Positions 23,935 through 36,259 of a DNA stretch of 64,000 bases are shown one piece after another. Source of the DNA: Octopus vulgaris (taxonomy: Eukaryota); NCBI GenBank assembly GCA_951406725.2, contig OX597819.1:114638001-114702000 (forward strand), written 5' to 3'. The position numbers and the translations under genes were made by a program. The notes below the pieces were generated by a model. The model had not been told where the DNA came from. It searched no databases and saw only the letters and a list, made by a program, of their open reading frames with translations. Positions within the stretch are counted from its first letter, which is position 1, and each line of letters opens with the position of its first letter.

Positions 23935-25071
23935 ATCTTTGCACAGCTTCAAACGCTGGAGATGTATTACGGTGTCAACTGTTCACTACCAGTGAACTAA
24001 GGTAACACCCCTTATTTTTCGAACACTATCCGGAGTATTCGAGCAGTTCCAAGCAGTGCTTTTTTCTGCAAGTGCTCCACCCTTGTTGCAGCCCCTATTT
24101 GTTCCACGTACTTCTCAAGATTTTACTCACTACTCCCAGGTCTCCAACAATTATTGGTACCACTACCACTTTTTCAGTGACCACAACTGCTTAATCTCCC
24201 AAGCTAACCTGTTATATCTATCGACTTTTCTCTCTTCCTTATCGTATACCTTGTTGTCAGCTGGGTATGCTATATCTATGATCCAGCATCGTTTGCTTTC
24301 TTTCTCAATTAACACTATGTCTGGTTTCCTATTCTCTATCTCATGGCCGCACTGAATCATAAAATCTTATAGGATCTTTTGCATTATCATTTTCGCTTAT
24401 GCCTTTGGGTTTATATTTGTACCACTTTTTCGCTCTGTCAAGTCCATACTTGTTGCAAAGTGTCCAATGGACAATCCTTGACGTCACTTATATTCTTTCT
24501 GGGCTAGTGGTATACATTGACTGGTGATATGCCATACGGTTTCGCCATTTTGTGCAAAAATTCTGCACTTATCACTTTCTGATGTGTTGTCTATTCTGTA
24601 TTTGATGTAACTGGTTCTTAATGCTTGTTCTTGGGTAGCACAGGTTAGATCCTCTGTTTCTGGTTTTAAATCACTTTTAGTCATCCATAGCCATCTTTTT
24701 CTCTGTCTGTCTTATCATCAACATCCCTATGAAACTATCCATGCATTCTTTTCTTTATTCGCCTATTTTCAGTTTCATTCATTCTCAAATGCTTGTACAG
24801 TGCTTTATCTTTGCAATCTGCCATCCTACACAAGCCTGACCTTCTTACTTCCAGTAATAGCGCTTCTGTGGCATTTTTTACATACCATGCTATGTTGTTT
24901 TCTTCTGCTCTAATGCTGTGTTCGGATCCAATCAGTCCTATTCCCTTCTTTGTCTTGGAACATATAGTCTGTTTATGTCAATTTTGGGTGGAGTTTCCTA
25001 TATCTAATCAGCAACTTCTTTGTCTTTCTGTTTAAACTGTTTATTTCATCTACTGTCCATGCAATTACCCC
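23935..25071 (-). mobile_element. Dong/R4-clade LINE fragment (duplicate of 15520-16659)
   Basis: ORFs 24163..24360 and 24484..24684 are near-identical to those in unit A. Confidence 0.85.
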
Positions 25072-28000
25072 TGCCTTTCATCCTTTCAGGGTCGATAAAT
25101 TAAGTACCAGTTACGCACTGGGGTCAATGTAATCGACCTAATCTGTTTGTCTGTCCTAGTTTGTCCCCTTTATGTTTAACCCCTGGTGGGCAATAAAGAG
25201 ATAAGAAATTGGGCAAACAGAAGTTTTTGTCCTGTCCCAGTTACAAGCAAAAATTGTAGTTGGGAGAATTTTGTCAAACAGAACAGCATTTTTTTAACTT
25301 GAGGAACAAATCCAGAAGAGGGAAAAACATGGATAATTATTTATCTCTTTTTATGGAATATGGGAAGTGGACTAAATTTGTTTACATCAAATAGTACAAG
25401 CTATCCCAAAACATTAGAAGAAATCCTCTCAAATGAAAATGGCGTACCTATTTAAGAAATAAATACTTATTTAAGAAATAAACCCTTCTAGGGTGTGTGT
25501 TAATAAATTTAATATATTCAATTTATGGCACAAATCCTGTTTGTGAAGGTGCTGAGCCTAGTAATTTTATGCTTTGGAGATTGTAGTTATGGATATTTTC
25601 AATTTCTTATATATGTTTTGTTGTTTTTTGTTGTTTAGCTCCACATAACACCTAGTTGAGAAGACCTGTTTTTTCCAGCTCTTTAGGTTCTGGCTGCAAG
25701 CCCTGCCTACGTTAGATAAAATAAAGGGCCATTCAATTACTGGAGTCAGTGGCATCTGTTACCACCTCCATTCAAAATTGCTGGCCTTGTACCTAAATTC
25801 AAAATTATTATTGTTGTTGTTATTGTCATTATTCTGTCATTTGACTTGCATAGTATCAGAATGTTATTCTCTTCTCCTTTTGAGTCATGATAGGGATAGA
25901 TGAGAGCTGTAGAAGCCATGTTCAGGGATGCTGTCAGTAAAGTGAGGGTCGGCTACAAGTATTGCATATGAATTCAGTGTACAAGTAGGGCTTCACTAAG
26001 GATCAGTCCTTAACACTCTTTTGTTCACTCCTCTGTGCTGTTGACCTTGTTTTTATAGCTGATTGACTACCAGAACTAGAGAAAAAATTTCAGGTGTGGA
26101 AGCAAGGTCTAGAATTTGAGCTAATTTAGCAAAAACCAAAGTCTTAGTACATAGGAAAGCAGACAAGTCACAGATGCCTTCAGGTAGATGGTCCTGCTCA
26201 ATTTGTAGAAAAGGTGTAAGTAGAAACTCCAGAAAATGTACTCAGTGCAAGCTATGGACGCATAAGAAGTACAGCAATATCTGAGGAAGGTTAACAGGGA
26301 AAATGGTCTTTGTGTGTGGCAGATGCTCTGGTAAAATAAACACTAGAAATATAAAGAAAATAGACTCCATCAAATGCCAGGGGTGATACCTAGAAGTAGT
26401 TGATAGCTTACATTAGCTTTGTAAATGAACAATCTAGTGTGTATATTTTAATGGCCTACTAATGTACACAGTGCATTTCTCTACCCTATGTGTCAGGAAG
26501 ACACTCAGCAAAAAATGGAGACGGAATTGAAAGAAGATTATAATGAAGAAAATGATAATAATATTGATAATAAGACGAAAAATAGATATATACCATCCTC
26601 TTAAGTATGAAATAGCCCGGTTTTGGAAAATTAAGAAGGTGAAGATAGTGCCAATTATTGTTGGGTTCTTGGAGACAGTATCAGAAGGCATCAAGAGGGA
26701 TATAAAGATAAAATGGAATAGAGGGTTCAGTAGCACTGTTACAAAAGGTTTGCCTCCTTGGCACGGCCAGAATAATCAGGAAAGTATTAGATAGTTGAAG
26801 AAAACAGATAGTATGGTATTGTAGGTTGCAGGAAGCAAGCCTGCTATGCATGCAAGTCTGCAGGAGTTCAAACAAAACAAAGGCGGCAAGCTGGCAGAAA
26901 CGTTAGCATGCGGGGTGAAGTGCTCAGCGGTATTTTGTCTGCCACTACGTTCTGAGTTCAAATTCTGCCATGGTCGACTTTGCCCTTCATTCTTTCGGGG
27001 TCGATAAATTAAGTACCAGTTACGTACTGGGGTCGATGTAATCGACTTAATCGCTTTGTCTGTCCTTGTTTGTTTCCTTTATGTTTAGCCCCTTGTGGGC
27101 AATAAAGAAATAAGGAGTTCAAACAAAACCTGATTTAAAAAGAATAATGATAATAAGGATGATGAGTATTTCCAACATAAGCACAAAGGGTTATATTTTG
27201 TGGGCAGCATATAACAGAGATTCTGTTGACCATATTTACCTGATTGATACCATTAATAAACATAGGAAGATGAAATGCAGGATTCATCCTAGCAAGATTT
27301 AAATTCAGTATGTTATAGGACATAACTAAATACTGCATACAATTTTGTTTGTCTCACAACCAGTTTGAGTGGCAATGATAATAATGATACTAATTGGTAT
27401 TCCTAATTTAGGCACAACAATAGCAGTTTTGATGGGACCTGGTTAGTCAAAGCTAATGCCAGTAGTATAGGTGAGGAATTATGAGAGCAGGTGATCAGTC
27501 AACACCACTGATTCCAAGACTTCACTGGCATTTATTTAATCCTCCTCTAAAAGGCTAAAATTCCAACTTGAAATTTGCTGTGTAGGAACTCAGGCAGTAA
27601 AGTGCTGAATCAAATGCCGCAAATCTTTTCTCCAACGTTCTAAAGATTATGGCAGTTCATTGCCTTTAACCCTTTAATCTTTCAACTGGTCGACACCAGC
27701 CAAAATATTTTGTTTGCTTTATCTTCAAACTGGCCAGATCTTGCCTTGTCATACTTACCCTACTATATTATTCTAAAAGCAATCACATAATTGAAGCCTC
27801 AAAGCTACAAGCATGACTAATTCAAAAGAATGTGAATAAATAAGCATTATATTTCATAGAGAAATCTGATTTAGTCATGAAGCCTGTAGTTTTAAGAAGA
27901 GGGTGTAAGTCAATATCATTGGCTCCAGTACTTGACTGGTACCTTATTCTCTCAATCATAAAGATTTAAAAGGCAAAGTTGACCTCAGCAAGATTTGGGC

Positions 28001-30408
28001 TTAGAATGTAAAAAGTGTGAGGAAATATCTTGACATTTTTTGTCCAGTACTATTTGTGCTTCTGGTATTCATCATTAAACAATGTAATTTTGTAAAATGT
28101 TGTTGCCATTTAGGTTTCTTAATTTTGTACATATTTGAGTTGTGATAATCTACTTTAAACCTAATTAGTGAAATAAAACAGGATGTATATTAATTAACAA
28201 TTCATTAGAGAAGATATTACAAAACTCTCTCTGATAATGCTACTTCACATTGTATTTGTGTAAGAACTCAACTGCAACAACAGAACAAAAAAGAATATCA
28301 TCTCCAGTATACAAGTTTGGATTACAAATGATGTTAATGCACTAATCAAGTTGCTTACCTACAAGTACATATCTGAAACTAATGTAACATTAGTGTTTTA
28401 TACAGATTTATACACATATATGAACATATGCACGTATATACATTTCAATAATCAACATATATACGTTATACTTCCTTTACTGGAAACTACACACTTGTTT
28501 CAACATGAATGCACCCCATTTGTCTGATCCTGTTTTGTTTACAAGATTAATTGTTTTTAGTCTCATACCTTTCTTCCTAATTGTGGGACTCGTTGGTAAC
28601 ATATTTGTGATATATATTTATGCACGACAGTCCAAGAAAAGCAATGTAGAAACATTCATCCTTGTACTGGCTGTTACTGATCTCATTGGATGTATCCTTG
28701 GAATGCCTCTGGAAATGGCTGAACTTTACTCAGCAATTCAATCAAATTATTTGTGTAAATTATACAGGTTTATTGTCCTCACCTGTTCTATCATGTCATC
28801 CCTCATTCTTCTCACAGTTGCCGTCGAAAGGTTCAGAAAAAATATGTTGTCCACATGGAAAACAAATTACTCCAAAACTACGCAATATCCTTGTGATTTT
28901 CATAACTGTAACATCTGTTGTATTGGTACTGCCACCTGTTTTCTACACTGAGGGTGTTCCCTTTTCTCCTGAAAGCAAGGTGTATATGATATGTGGCTGT
29001 GATTTTAGAAGGTTATTTCTCTGGATATATGCTTTCATGGCATTAATTGTTCATAGTATTCTTCTCTACTGCATGACTGTACTTTATTTAATTGTTTTGA
29101 AGACTATCAATCAGCAATTCAAGAAAAAGCAAAGTAAAAAAGCAACTTTTGAGCAGGAACAAATCAACCACACAAGCATTGTATTTTTCTCAATTTCTGT
29201 TTTATATTTTGTGAGTTTTACACCAACTCTTATTTTCTTGGTCATATATCCATATTGTGTAAATTCTATCCTGTTACAGATATTTAAAGTAATTGTATAT
29301 CGTACTTGGATACTAAATTCATCCTTAAATCCCATGGTGTATGGATTTTGCAACAAAATGTTTTGGAAAAGTTTTGGAAATATATTTACGAGGAGTAAAA
29401 GTAACTTTGAAATGGAGGAGAAATTTTAGGACTTGGTTTATACCACATTTTCAACAGGGAGGAATACTTTCAAGTGGTAGAAACATTTTCTTTGCTGACC
29501 ATAACCAACATTTGTGTGTGTGTGTGTTATATTGAAAATAACTCAAAGTTTGAGGTATTTTTAATGAAATAACTAATTTTTCCATTATTTTTCTGATGTT
29601 AGGAGAATTACATTTTCTTTCATAAAATTGAAATTTAAATATGAACATTTTAAGATATGCTGTTTGTATCCTTGACCGAGAGTCAGTCTAAGGTAGGTTA
29701 TTGTCAGAAAGGTCTATTCGAACAACTAAACGATTTCTCTATTACATACTTACTCTGGATTCCGTTGTTTTAAACTTTCTATAGGAACATATCTGTTTAC
29801 GTAAGTTCTACTTTAAACAAAATTATTTCAATCCTATACTTTCTGACTTACGTGTTGAATTTGTATTTACAAAAATACTGAGAAGACAGACAAAATTCTT
29901 GGCGTTGTTGTCATTGTCATCATCATCATCACTCTTACATCCACTTTCCCATTTTTCGGCTTGTTGGTCAAGTCTTCTCCTGCACAGTACTATGCTATTC
30001 CTGTCTTTGTATCATCTTTCTAAGTCTCAGAACTTTTAGACTGGCCAGTCTATGATATCTGCACTAGTATGGACATGTTACATATGCACATTATATGTCC
30101 CTAACAATGCATTCACTTCTTTTGTACAATACATTTATCAGATAAAGTGTTTTAAAATAATATACTGTGTTTTAGCAACTCTGAAACAATTTCAAAAATA
30201 ATGACAACTTAAATTTCTCTTTCAATGTAAATGTTTGATATTCTTTGGTAAGCAGAAAATCTTCAATATTGTGTTATACATACATCATTAGCAATTTTCA
30301 TGTTTTTAAGAAATAAACCCTTCTAGAGTTACGATTAATGTTCTTCTCATTGTCTCACCTTTCAATAATTTCTCATATGTTTTTGGTACATACAATGTAT
30401 TGAAGTTT

Positions 30409-30439
<31 letters not shown>

Positions 30440-31597
30440 TAATTGTTTGATATAGTCAGTTTATGGAATGCATCTCATTGTCGAGCCTAGTAATTTTACC
30501 TTTTGGAGATTGTAGTTAATGAGTGTGTTGAATTCTACATATTTTACACATTTTTTTTTACTCTGTTTTTGTTGTTTTAAAATCTTCAGAAAATGTTTTT
30601 AAGCACATTACTCATTCACATCCAAAATGATTGCCAAACATACTTATGCTATGAGATTGAACACTGCAGTAGCTACAAATAATAATAATAAATACCCTGA
30701 TGCAATACCAGAGGCAGGCTTGCATGGCTTCTGATCTTAACTGATTGGAAGTGTTATCATGGGCATGCTTATTAATTAGGTATGTAACAATTACTAAAAG
30801 TACTAAAGGTAAGCAATATTAAAAGCTAGGCTGTCAGGAAATATTTTTATAAATTCATGCTCTAAGAAATTTCATATAATTTCGATTTCTGAAGTTTATT
30901 GAATTTTTTTAACATCAAATTCTTGCAAATTGTGACAACTATTCTGCTCAATACCACAGATTTGCTTGTCAGTTGTTTGACCGTAACCAGTTGAGCATGT
31001 TCCTTAGTGGCTGGTGAGTTGTGCAGCTCTGATCAGGAGCAGAAGTAGTTGAGGAGGATCATTGTTATTTGTTGAGAGAAATTCTTTGGGGTTTGAATAA
31101 TTCACCTCTGGAGAAAGAAGAAAAGAAATTTCAGTGTTCAAAAGGAGAAAATGGATATTTAACAGTTTAGTAAGCAATTAATGTAAAAAAAATCATCCCA
31201 AACACTCAGATTGATAGTTTTGAAGATAGCAATACTAATCAAGGAACTTGATTAGTGATTTAACATCATTTATAATCCATACTTGTGTTCTGGAAATGGT
31301 ATTTGTTCTGTTTTAGTTGGTCATGTGTAATGGAAACAGAATCATGTCTACATCTCTGTGCATATTCTGACATGTGTTCCAGTCGTTTTGCCGTGGTTTC
31401 ATCTGATTCGGTTGCCCATCATTCTCTCTGCCGTTGTGTCTTTGCTGTCTAATTTTCTTTTTTACTCGCACAATATATGTGAAAGCTTGTTAAAAACTAT
31501 CTTGCTTAGTATGCTAGGAATAGCAGTGATCACATAGTTATTATTGTAAGCCTTATAGCGTTCCAAGCAGCCATACCAACTAAATCACTTCTTTAAA

Positions 31598-31628
<31 letters not shown>

Positions 31629-31629
31629 T
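25072..31629 (+). repeat. 8.4 kb tandem segmental duplication, unit C (partial)
   Basis: Near-identical to unit B until the A/(TA)n tract at about 31595-31629, then switches to Gypsy sequence. Confidence 0.92.
28505..29429 (+). pseudogene. GPCR copy 4 with a single +1 frameshift in an A homopolymer (may be intact in vivo)
   Basis: A6 at 28837-28842 versus A5 in copy 3. ORFs 28505..28951 and 28662..29429 join to a 307-aa protein nearly identical to copy 3. Confidence 0.88.
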
Positions 31630-33172
31630 TAGAATTGAAACTAAAGAACATTTTGTGCAACGTAGTACATAATTTGCCAGTAACACTAGAAGAAATTAAA
31701 TTAAAATTGGAAAAAGATATGTTTATAAACAAGATTAAAAAATACTATTGGAAAGTAGTACGAAAAATAATATAAATGAGCAGAGTGCATGTTCACAGCA
31801 TTATTCAGTATGTGATAATGTATTATTATATGCACAGAGGGTGGTAATGCCTGAAATATTGAAAGACTTCCATGTAGGACATCCAAGGATCGCCCGGATG
31901 AAAAGTCTCATGAGGAGTTATGTGTATTGGCTGAATAAGGACAAACAAATTGAGAGACTGGTAAAACAATGTTGGGGATGCCTTGTAGCAGCAAAGGTGC
32001 CCCCAGTGCAGTTACAGCCATGGCTAAAAACAGATGCAGTATTGTCTAGACTGTATATGGATTTCATAGGACTAATAAATGACTCTTATTATATCATTAT
32101 GGTGGATGGCTATTTGAAATGGCCTGAAGTGTGTATATGTTCAAGACCAACCACAAATGTGACTATTGACTTCTTGGAAGAACTGTTCACTCATTACAGA
32201 GTACCAGATAATGATCGTGTCAGATGATGGCACACAATTCATGGCGAAGGAGTTTAAAAAATTCTGTATGTCAGTCCAGATGAAGAATATGTTAATTCCA
32301 CCTTACCATCCAAAGTCAAATGGGTTAGTAGAAAGATTTGTTGACACATTTAAGAGATCCTTAAGAAAGACCAGACAGGAATCCTTTGAAGATGACAAAG
32401 TTCTTACAGGTATACAGAATAACACTGAATTTAAATACAGAGTAGGTTACCTGCAGATTTGATGTTCTCCAGAAAGATTTGTTCTGTGTTTGACAAATTG
32501 TTGCCAAGATGGAAACGGAAAATACAAAATTCAACATTTTTTAACAGGAGATGAAGTATATTCTAAAATGTATAAAAATGGAAAACAGGACTGGGAACAA
32601 GGTTATATAACTGGATGTCTGGGTAATGTGATGTACATGATAAAAGTACCAAAATATGAACATATAAAAGGCATTTTAACCAATTAAAGAAAAGATATAC
32701 CAAAAATCAAGTAAGGCGAGATGAGCCAATGGATATATGGTATGACATGTTTGAGATCCCAGAACCACAAGTGAAAGCAGAACTGACACGTAGGTCGAGC
32801 AGGAAAACAAAACATGCTGAAATGATGGAAATTATCACCAGGAGAAAGGAATATGCCAATTTCTCACCAAGGAAATAAATTATGATAAAAGTAAAAGAAT
32901 AAATAAGTGAAAAAATAAAAGGACAAAGCCTATCTCAAAAGGGGGAGGTGTTGTGTGGAAGTAGAACACCCCTATTTAGTTGGCTCCTAATGAACTGTGC
33001 CACAATATAAATGGACTTGTGCAGAGTGTGAGGGAGAGTCAGTGAGATGTGTAAAGCCGTGAGTTGTGAATTGGCGAGTGTAATTACAAGTATTGTGTAT
33101 CTTGCATAGAACGATTTGCGAGGAAGTTATTTATCATTCCATTATATCGTACATCGAACATGCGATACAACA
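31630..33172 (+). mobile_element. Gypsy LTR retrotransposon 3' part: integrase, PPT and 3' LTR (32949-33172)
   Basis: HHCC finger FHVGHPRIARMKSLMRSYVYW..C..C, core IVSDDGTQF / PPYHPKSNGLVERFV. PPT aaaagggggagg followed by TGTTGT...ACAACA. Confidence 0.9.
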
Positions 33173-33339
33173 GTGATAGATGTTAGGGAATGAAAATTAG
33201 GGGAAATGTTTGACAAGGCAGACAGAGTAGAGTGGAGGCTGCCCCAGCACGTTCAAGCATACCAAGTAATTTTAGAATATCATTTTTGCTGTGATGGATT
33301 GTTCTTAAACTGAGCAAATTGCCAACCATCTTGGTCTTC

Positions 33340-33530
33340 TGTCTCATGTCTTCCTTGGTCCACCTCTTCCCCAAATTCTCTCCACTTTAAACAATTTACA
33401 CTTATTTATGGAACTGTTCTTGTCCTTATGCATCATATAGCCAAACCAGTGCACTTTTGCACACTCTATCAGATTCCTTTTATGCCTAACCTTTCTCTCA
33501 ATGCATTGACACATCCCTGAATTGAACATG
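33340..33530 (-). mobile_element. RTE LINE C-terminal fragment
   Basis: HWFGYMMHKDKNSSINKCK..VERIWGRGGPRKT. Confidence 0.65.
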
Positions 33531-34129
33531 GCAAAAGTCATGGCACCATATGCTGTACCTTCAAAACTTTAGATTCAGCCAAAGAACAAACTAAAATTGT
33601 CAGATATATTCATGATTAGACAATTGTGCTCCAGTGCATTGGTCAAAGAAATACAAAAGTAACAATAAGGGACATTGGAAGCAACATAGATCTGTGATTA
33701 TTCATTGCTTTTTAATTGTACCATTGGAGATAGGTTAAAACAGAGTTACTGAAAGATGATGTGTGGTCAGAGTGCATGAAAATGGATCTGCAATTGTGAA
33801 AGGCCACAGCACCATACTAGAACTGTGATCAGTAGATGACATACAGGCAAAGGGCATGGGCTTAATAAGCCAGGATAAATCACCTTGTTGTTATATTTGT
33901 TATAGTAATGGTCACCTCACAGCAGAATGCTCAGAAAAAAAAAAGAAATATCAGCAAAAACAAAGGAAAAGGAGAATCAGAAACATGAAAACAGAAGGGA
34001 GAATAAGAATAGCAAAGATCAACAGCAATAACAAAAAAAGAATAGTAAACCCCAGTTTCAAGATCACTATCCGAAGCTCTGGGTATGGCAAGTAAAATCC
34101 CTTTCTGATGATATCAACTCCTTAAACAG

Positions 34130-34470
34130 TGTAGTGTCAATACTTGTCAGGAGAAGAAATGGATAGCTTAGGAATGAACGGAAATTCGAAAAAGTTAAAA
34201 AGAAGCATGGTGTAGATACAAAAGGCCTGAATGTTGAAATTGAAGGACTGAAGCAGTGCATACATGCAAAAAAAAAGTAAAGCTATCTAGGTTTGAACAA
34301 CGGACTAAACAATTTCGACAAAACGAATTGTTTAGAAACAACCAAAAGAGATTTTACCATCAGATTAATGATGATAAAACACGTGTAAGATTACTCCCTG
34401 ATGCTGATGAAAGTTGATTTTTGTGGGATAAGATTTAGAGTAACATAATACTACAGCTGAATGGCTCTGC
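34130..34470 (+). mobile_element. Dong/R4-like ORF fragment from upstream of the RT domain
   Basis: EGLKQCIHAK..KLSRFEQRTKQFRQNELFRNNQKRFYHQIN, recalled as typical of R4/Dong ORFs. Confidence 0.55.
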
Positions 34471-34500
34471 AGGCTGAAGTAAATAGCTTCTTATCCCCAG

Positions 34501-34687
34501 CAGGAAGTTATCCGCTTCACAGAAAACAGTATCAAAAATATGAATTAAAAGATAAACGATTATTATTATTATTATTATTATCATTAGTAGTAATAGTAGT
34601 AGTAGTAGTAGTAGTAGCAGCAGCAGCAGCAGGAAGTTATCCACTTCACAGAAGACAGTATCAAAAATATGAGTAAAAAGATAAGCG

Positions 34688-34718
<31 letters not shown>

Positions 34719-34770
34719 GCAGCAGCAGCAGCAGCAGTAGCAGTAGTAGGAGGAGGAGGAGCAGCAGCAA
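34501..34770. repeat. Tandem duplication of a 60-bp unit with compound (TTA)(TAG)(CAG) microsatellites
   Basis: caggaagttatcc..aaaagataa occurs at 34501 and 34630. Confidence 0.8.
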
Positions 34771-35034
34771 GGCGGCAAGCTGGCAGAATCGTTTAGCTCG
34801 TTGGATGTAGTGCTTAGTGGTATTTCACCTGTCACTACATTCTGAGTTCAAATTCCACCATGGTTTGCTTTGCCTTTCATCCTTTTGGGGTTGATAAATT
34901 AAGTACTAGTGAAACACTGGGGTTGATGGAATTGACTTGTCCCCTCTCACCAAATTTCAATTGGAACAAATTCGCAACAATTTGAAAATGGCAGTCAAAC
35001 AGAAAAGATCTAGCAAATATTTTTTACTGACCAT

Positions 35035-35860
35035 TATTAATGTGGTTTCCCTTGTGTGGGTTCTGAGCAGCTCTACTGCTCCTTAGCTCATTCAGTGGTG
35101 TGATTCTTCCATTCTGTTGGGTGGTTTGGTTTATGCTTACTGTAAGTTCATCAAAGAAGTCTCATTGATACAACTGTTGCGAGTTTTGGTATCCATCTGC
35201 CAAAAGGTCATCTAACAAGTCTGACATATAAATGTATATAGACCATACAGTAAGCTATCTAAAGCAGGTCACTTGCCTCTCATAAGGCTACATATTGCTG
35301 CGTATATCTCCCTGAATGTTGTCCGCTTTTCACGACACTGACTCCATTGTCAAAAGTCACAGTTCGCTAATAAGTTAGACATTGAAGTTCATTGTTCAAT
35401 CTGAAACACCACTTGTACTGAACAAGGAAATGCCAAAGGACAGCTGCAATACTAATAATAGCAAATTAGGAAAATGTGTTTGAATCATCCTTCCTATGTA
35501 AATTTTCTAAATTTGTCCAATATTGCGATGCCGTAATCTTAAGTTAAATCATAAACTAAACAAAGCAGGATGTTTACTAATTTGTAAATGTATATAATCA
35601 GGATACCACACAACCTATTGCATTTGACTTTCATAATTCGCTCTGGATGTTTACTTCACATAGTAGTCGTATTTGTGTAAGGACTCAACTAAACAAATTA
35701 AACAAAATGACTATCATTTCCAGTATACAAGTTTGGATTACAAATGATGTTAAGGAAATTATCATGTTGCTTACCTACAAGTACATTCTCTGAAATTGTT
35801 GCATCACCAATTTTTTAAAATACATACATGCACACACACACACATATATATATATATATG
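35035..35860 (+). promoter_or_regulatory. Upstream module of GPCR copy 5, displaced by 3.5 kb of insertions
   Basis: Colinear with 41140-41910 and 45695-46470, which directly precede copies 6 and 7. Confidence 0.75.
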
Positions 35861-36069
35861 TAGAATTCATCAGATGTTTAGATAAGCACCACGCACACAT
35901 CTAAAACCGCTTTTACAGCGCAAATTATAATTACTTTATTGTTTCATTTCATTATCTATCTATGTAAACACAGTTTCGTCTTCCATGCTGTATGTTTAGA
36001 GAAAACTTTATGATCCTTACACTCAATCCAACCCTTCTTCTTTATCCCTTCTCCCTCTTTTTACGCTCA

Positions 36070-36245
36070 TTACTTCCACCAAGGAAGGAAGTTATGTTTT
36101 CATCGGCGTTGGTTTGTCTGTCTGTCCGCAAAATAACTCAAGAAGTTGTGAACAGTATTTGATGAAACTTGCAGGAAAAGTTGGTAAAGACATAAGGAAC
36201 AGATGATGAAATTTTAACAGTGATCTAGGAATTTTTATGGATTCT
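36070..36245 (+). mobile_element. Helentron/HINE (DINE-like) non-autonomous fragment
   Basis: ttacttccaccaaggaaggaagttatgttttc..gtttgtctgtctgtcc..ataactcaagaagt..gatgaaactt. Confidence 0.55.
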
Positions 36246-36259
36246 TGAAGTATATAGCT

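Larger units (their letters stand above)
16660..25071 (+). repeat. 8.4 kb tandem segmental duplication, unit B
   Basis: Period of 8412 bp to unit C (ATG 20093 vs 28505). The junction fuses the R4 element to the middle of a SINE (aattacccc|tgcctttcatcc). Confidence 0.95.

Noticed and set aside
33856-34095. CCHC zinc knuckle CYICYSNGHLTAEC
   Set aside because: Isolated short ORF among TE debris, most likely a gag/ORF1 relic. Too little support for a gene call.
34435-34770. Poly-L/poly-I ORFs, likewise poly-Y/I at 52351-52629 and poly-D at 47890-48075
   Set aside because: Trinucleotide microsatellites.
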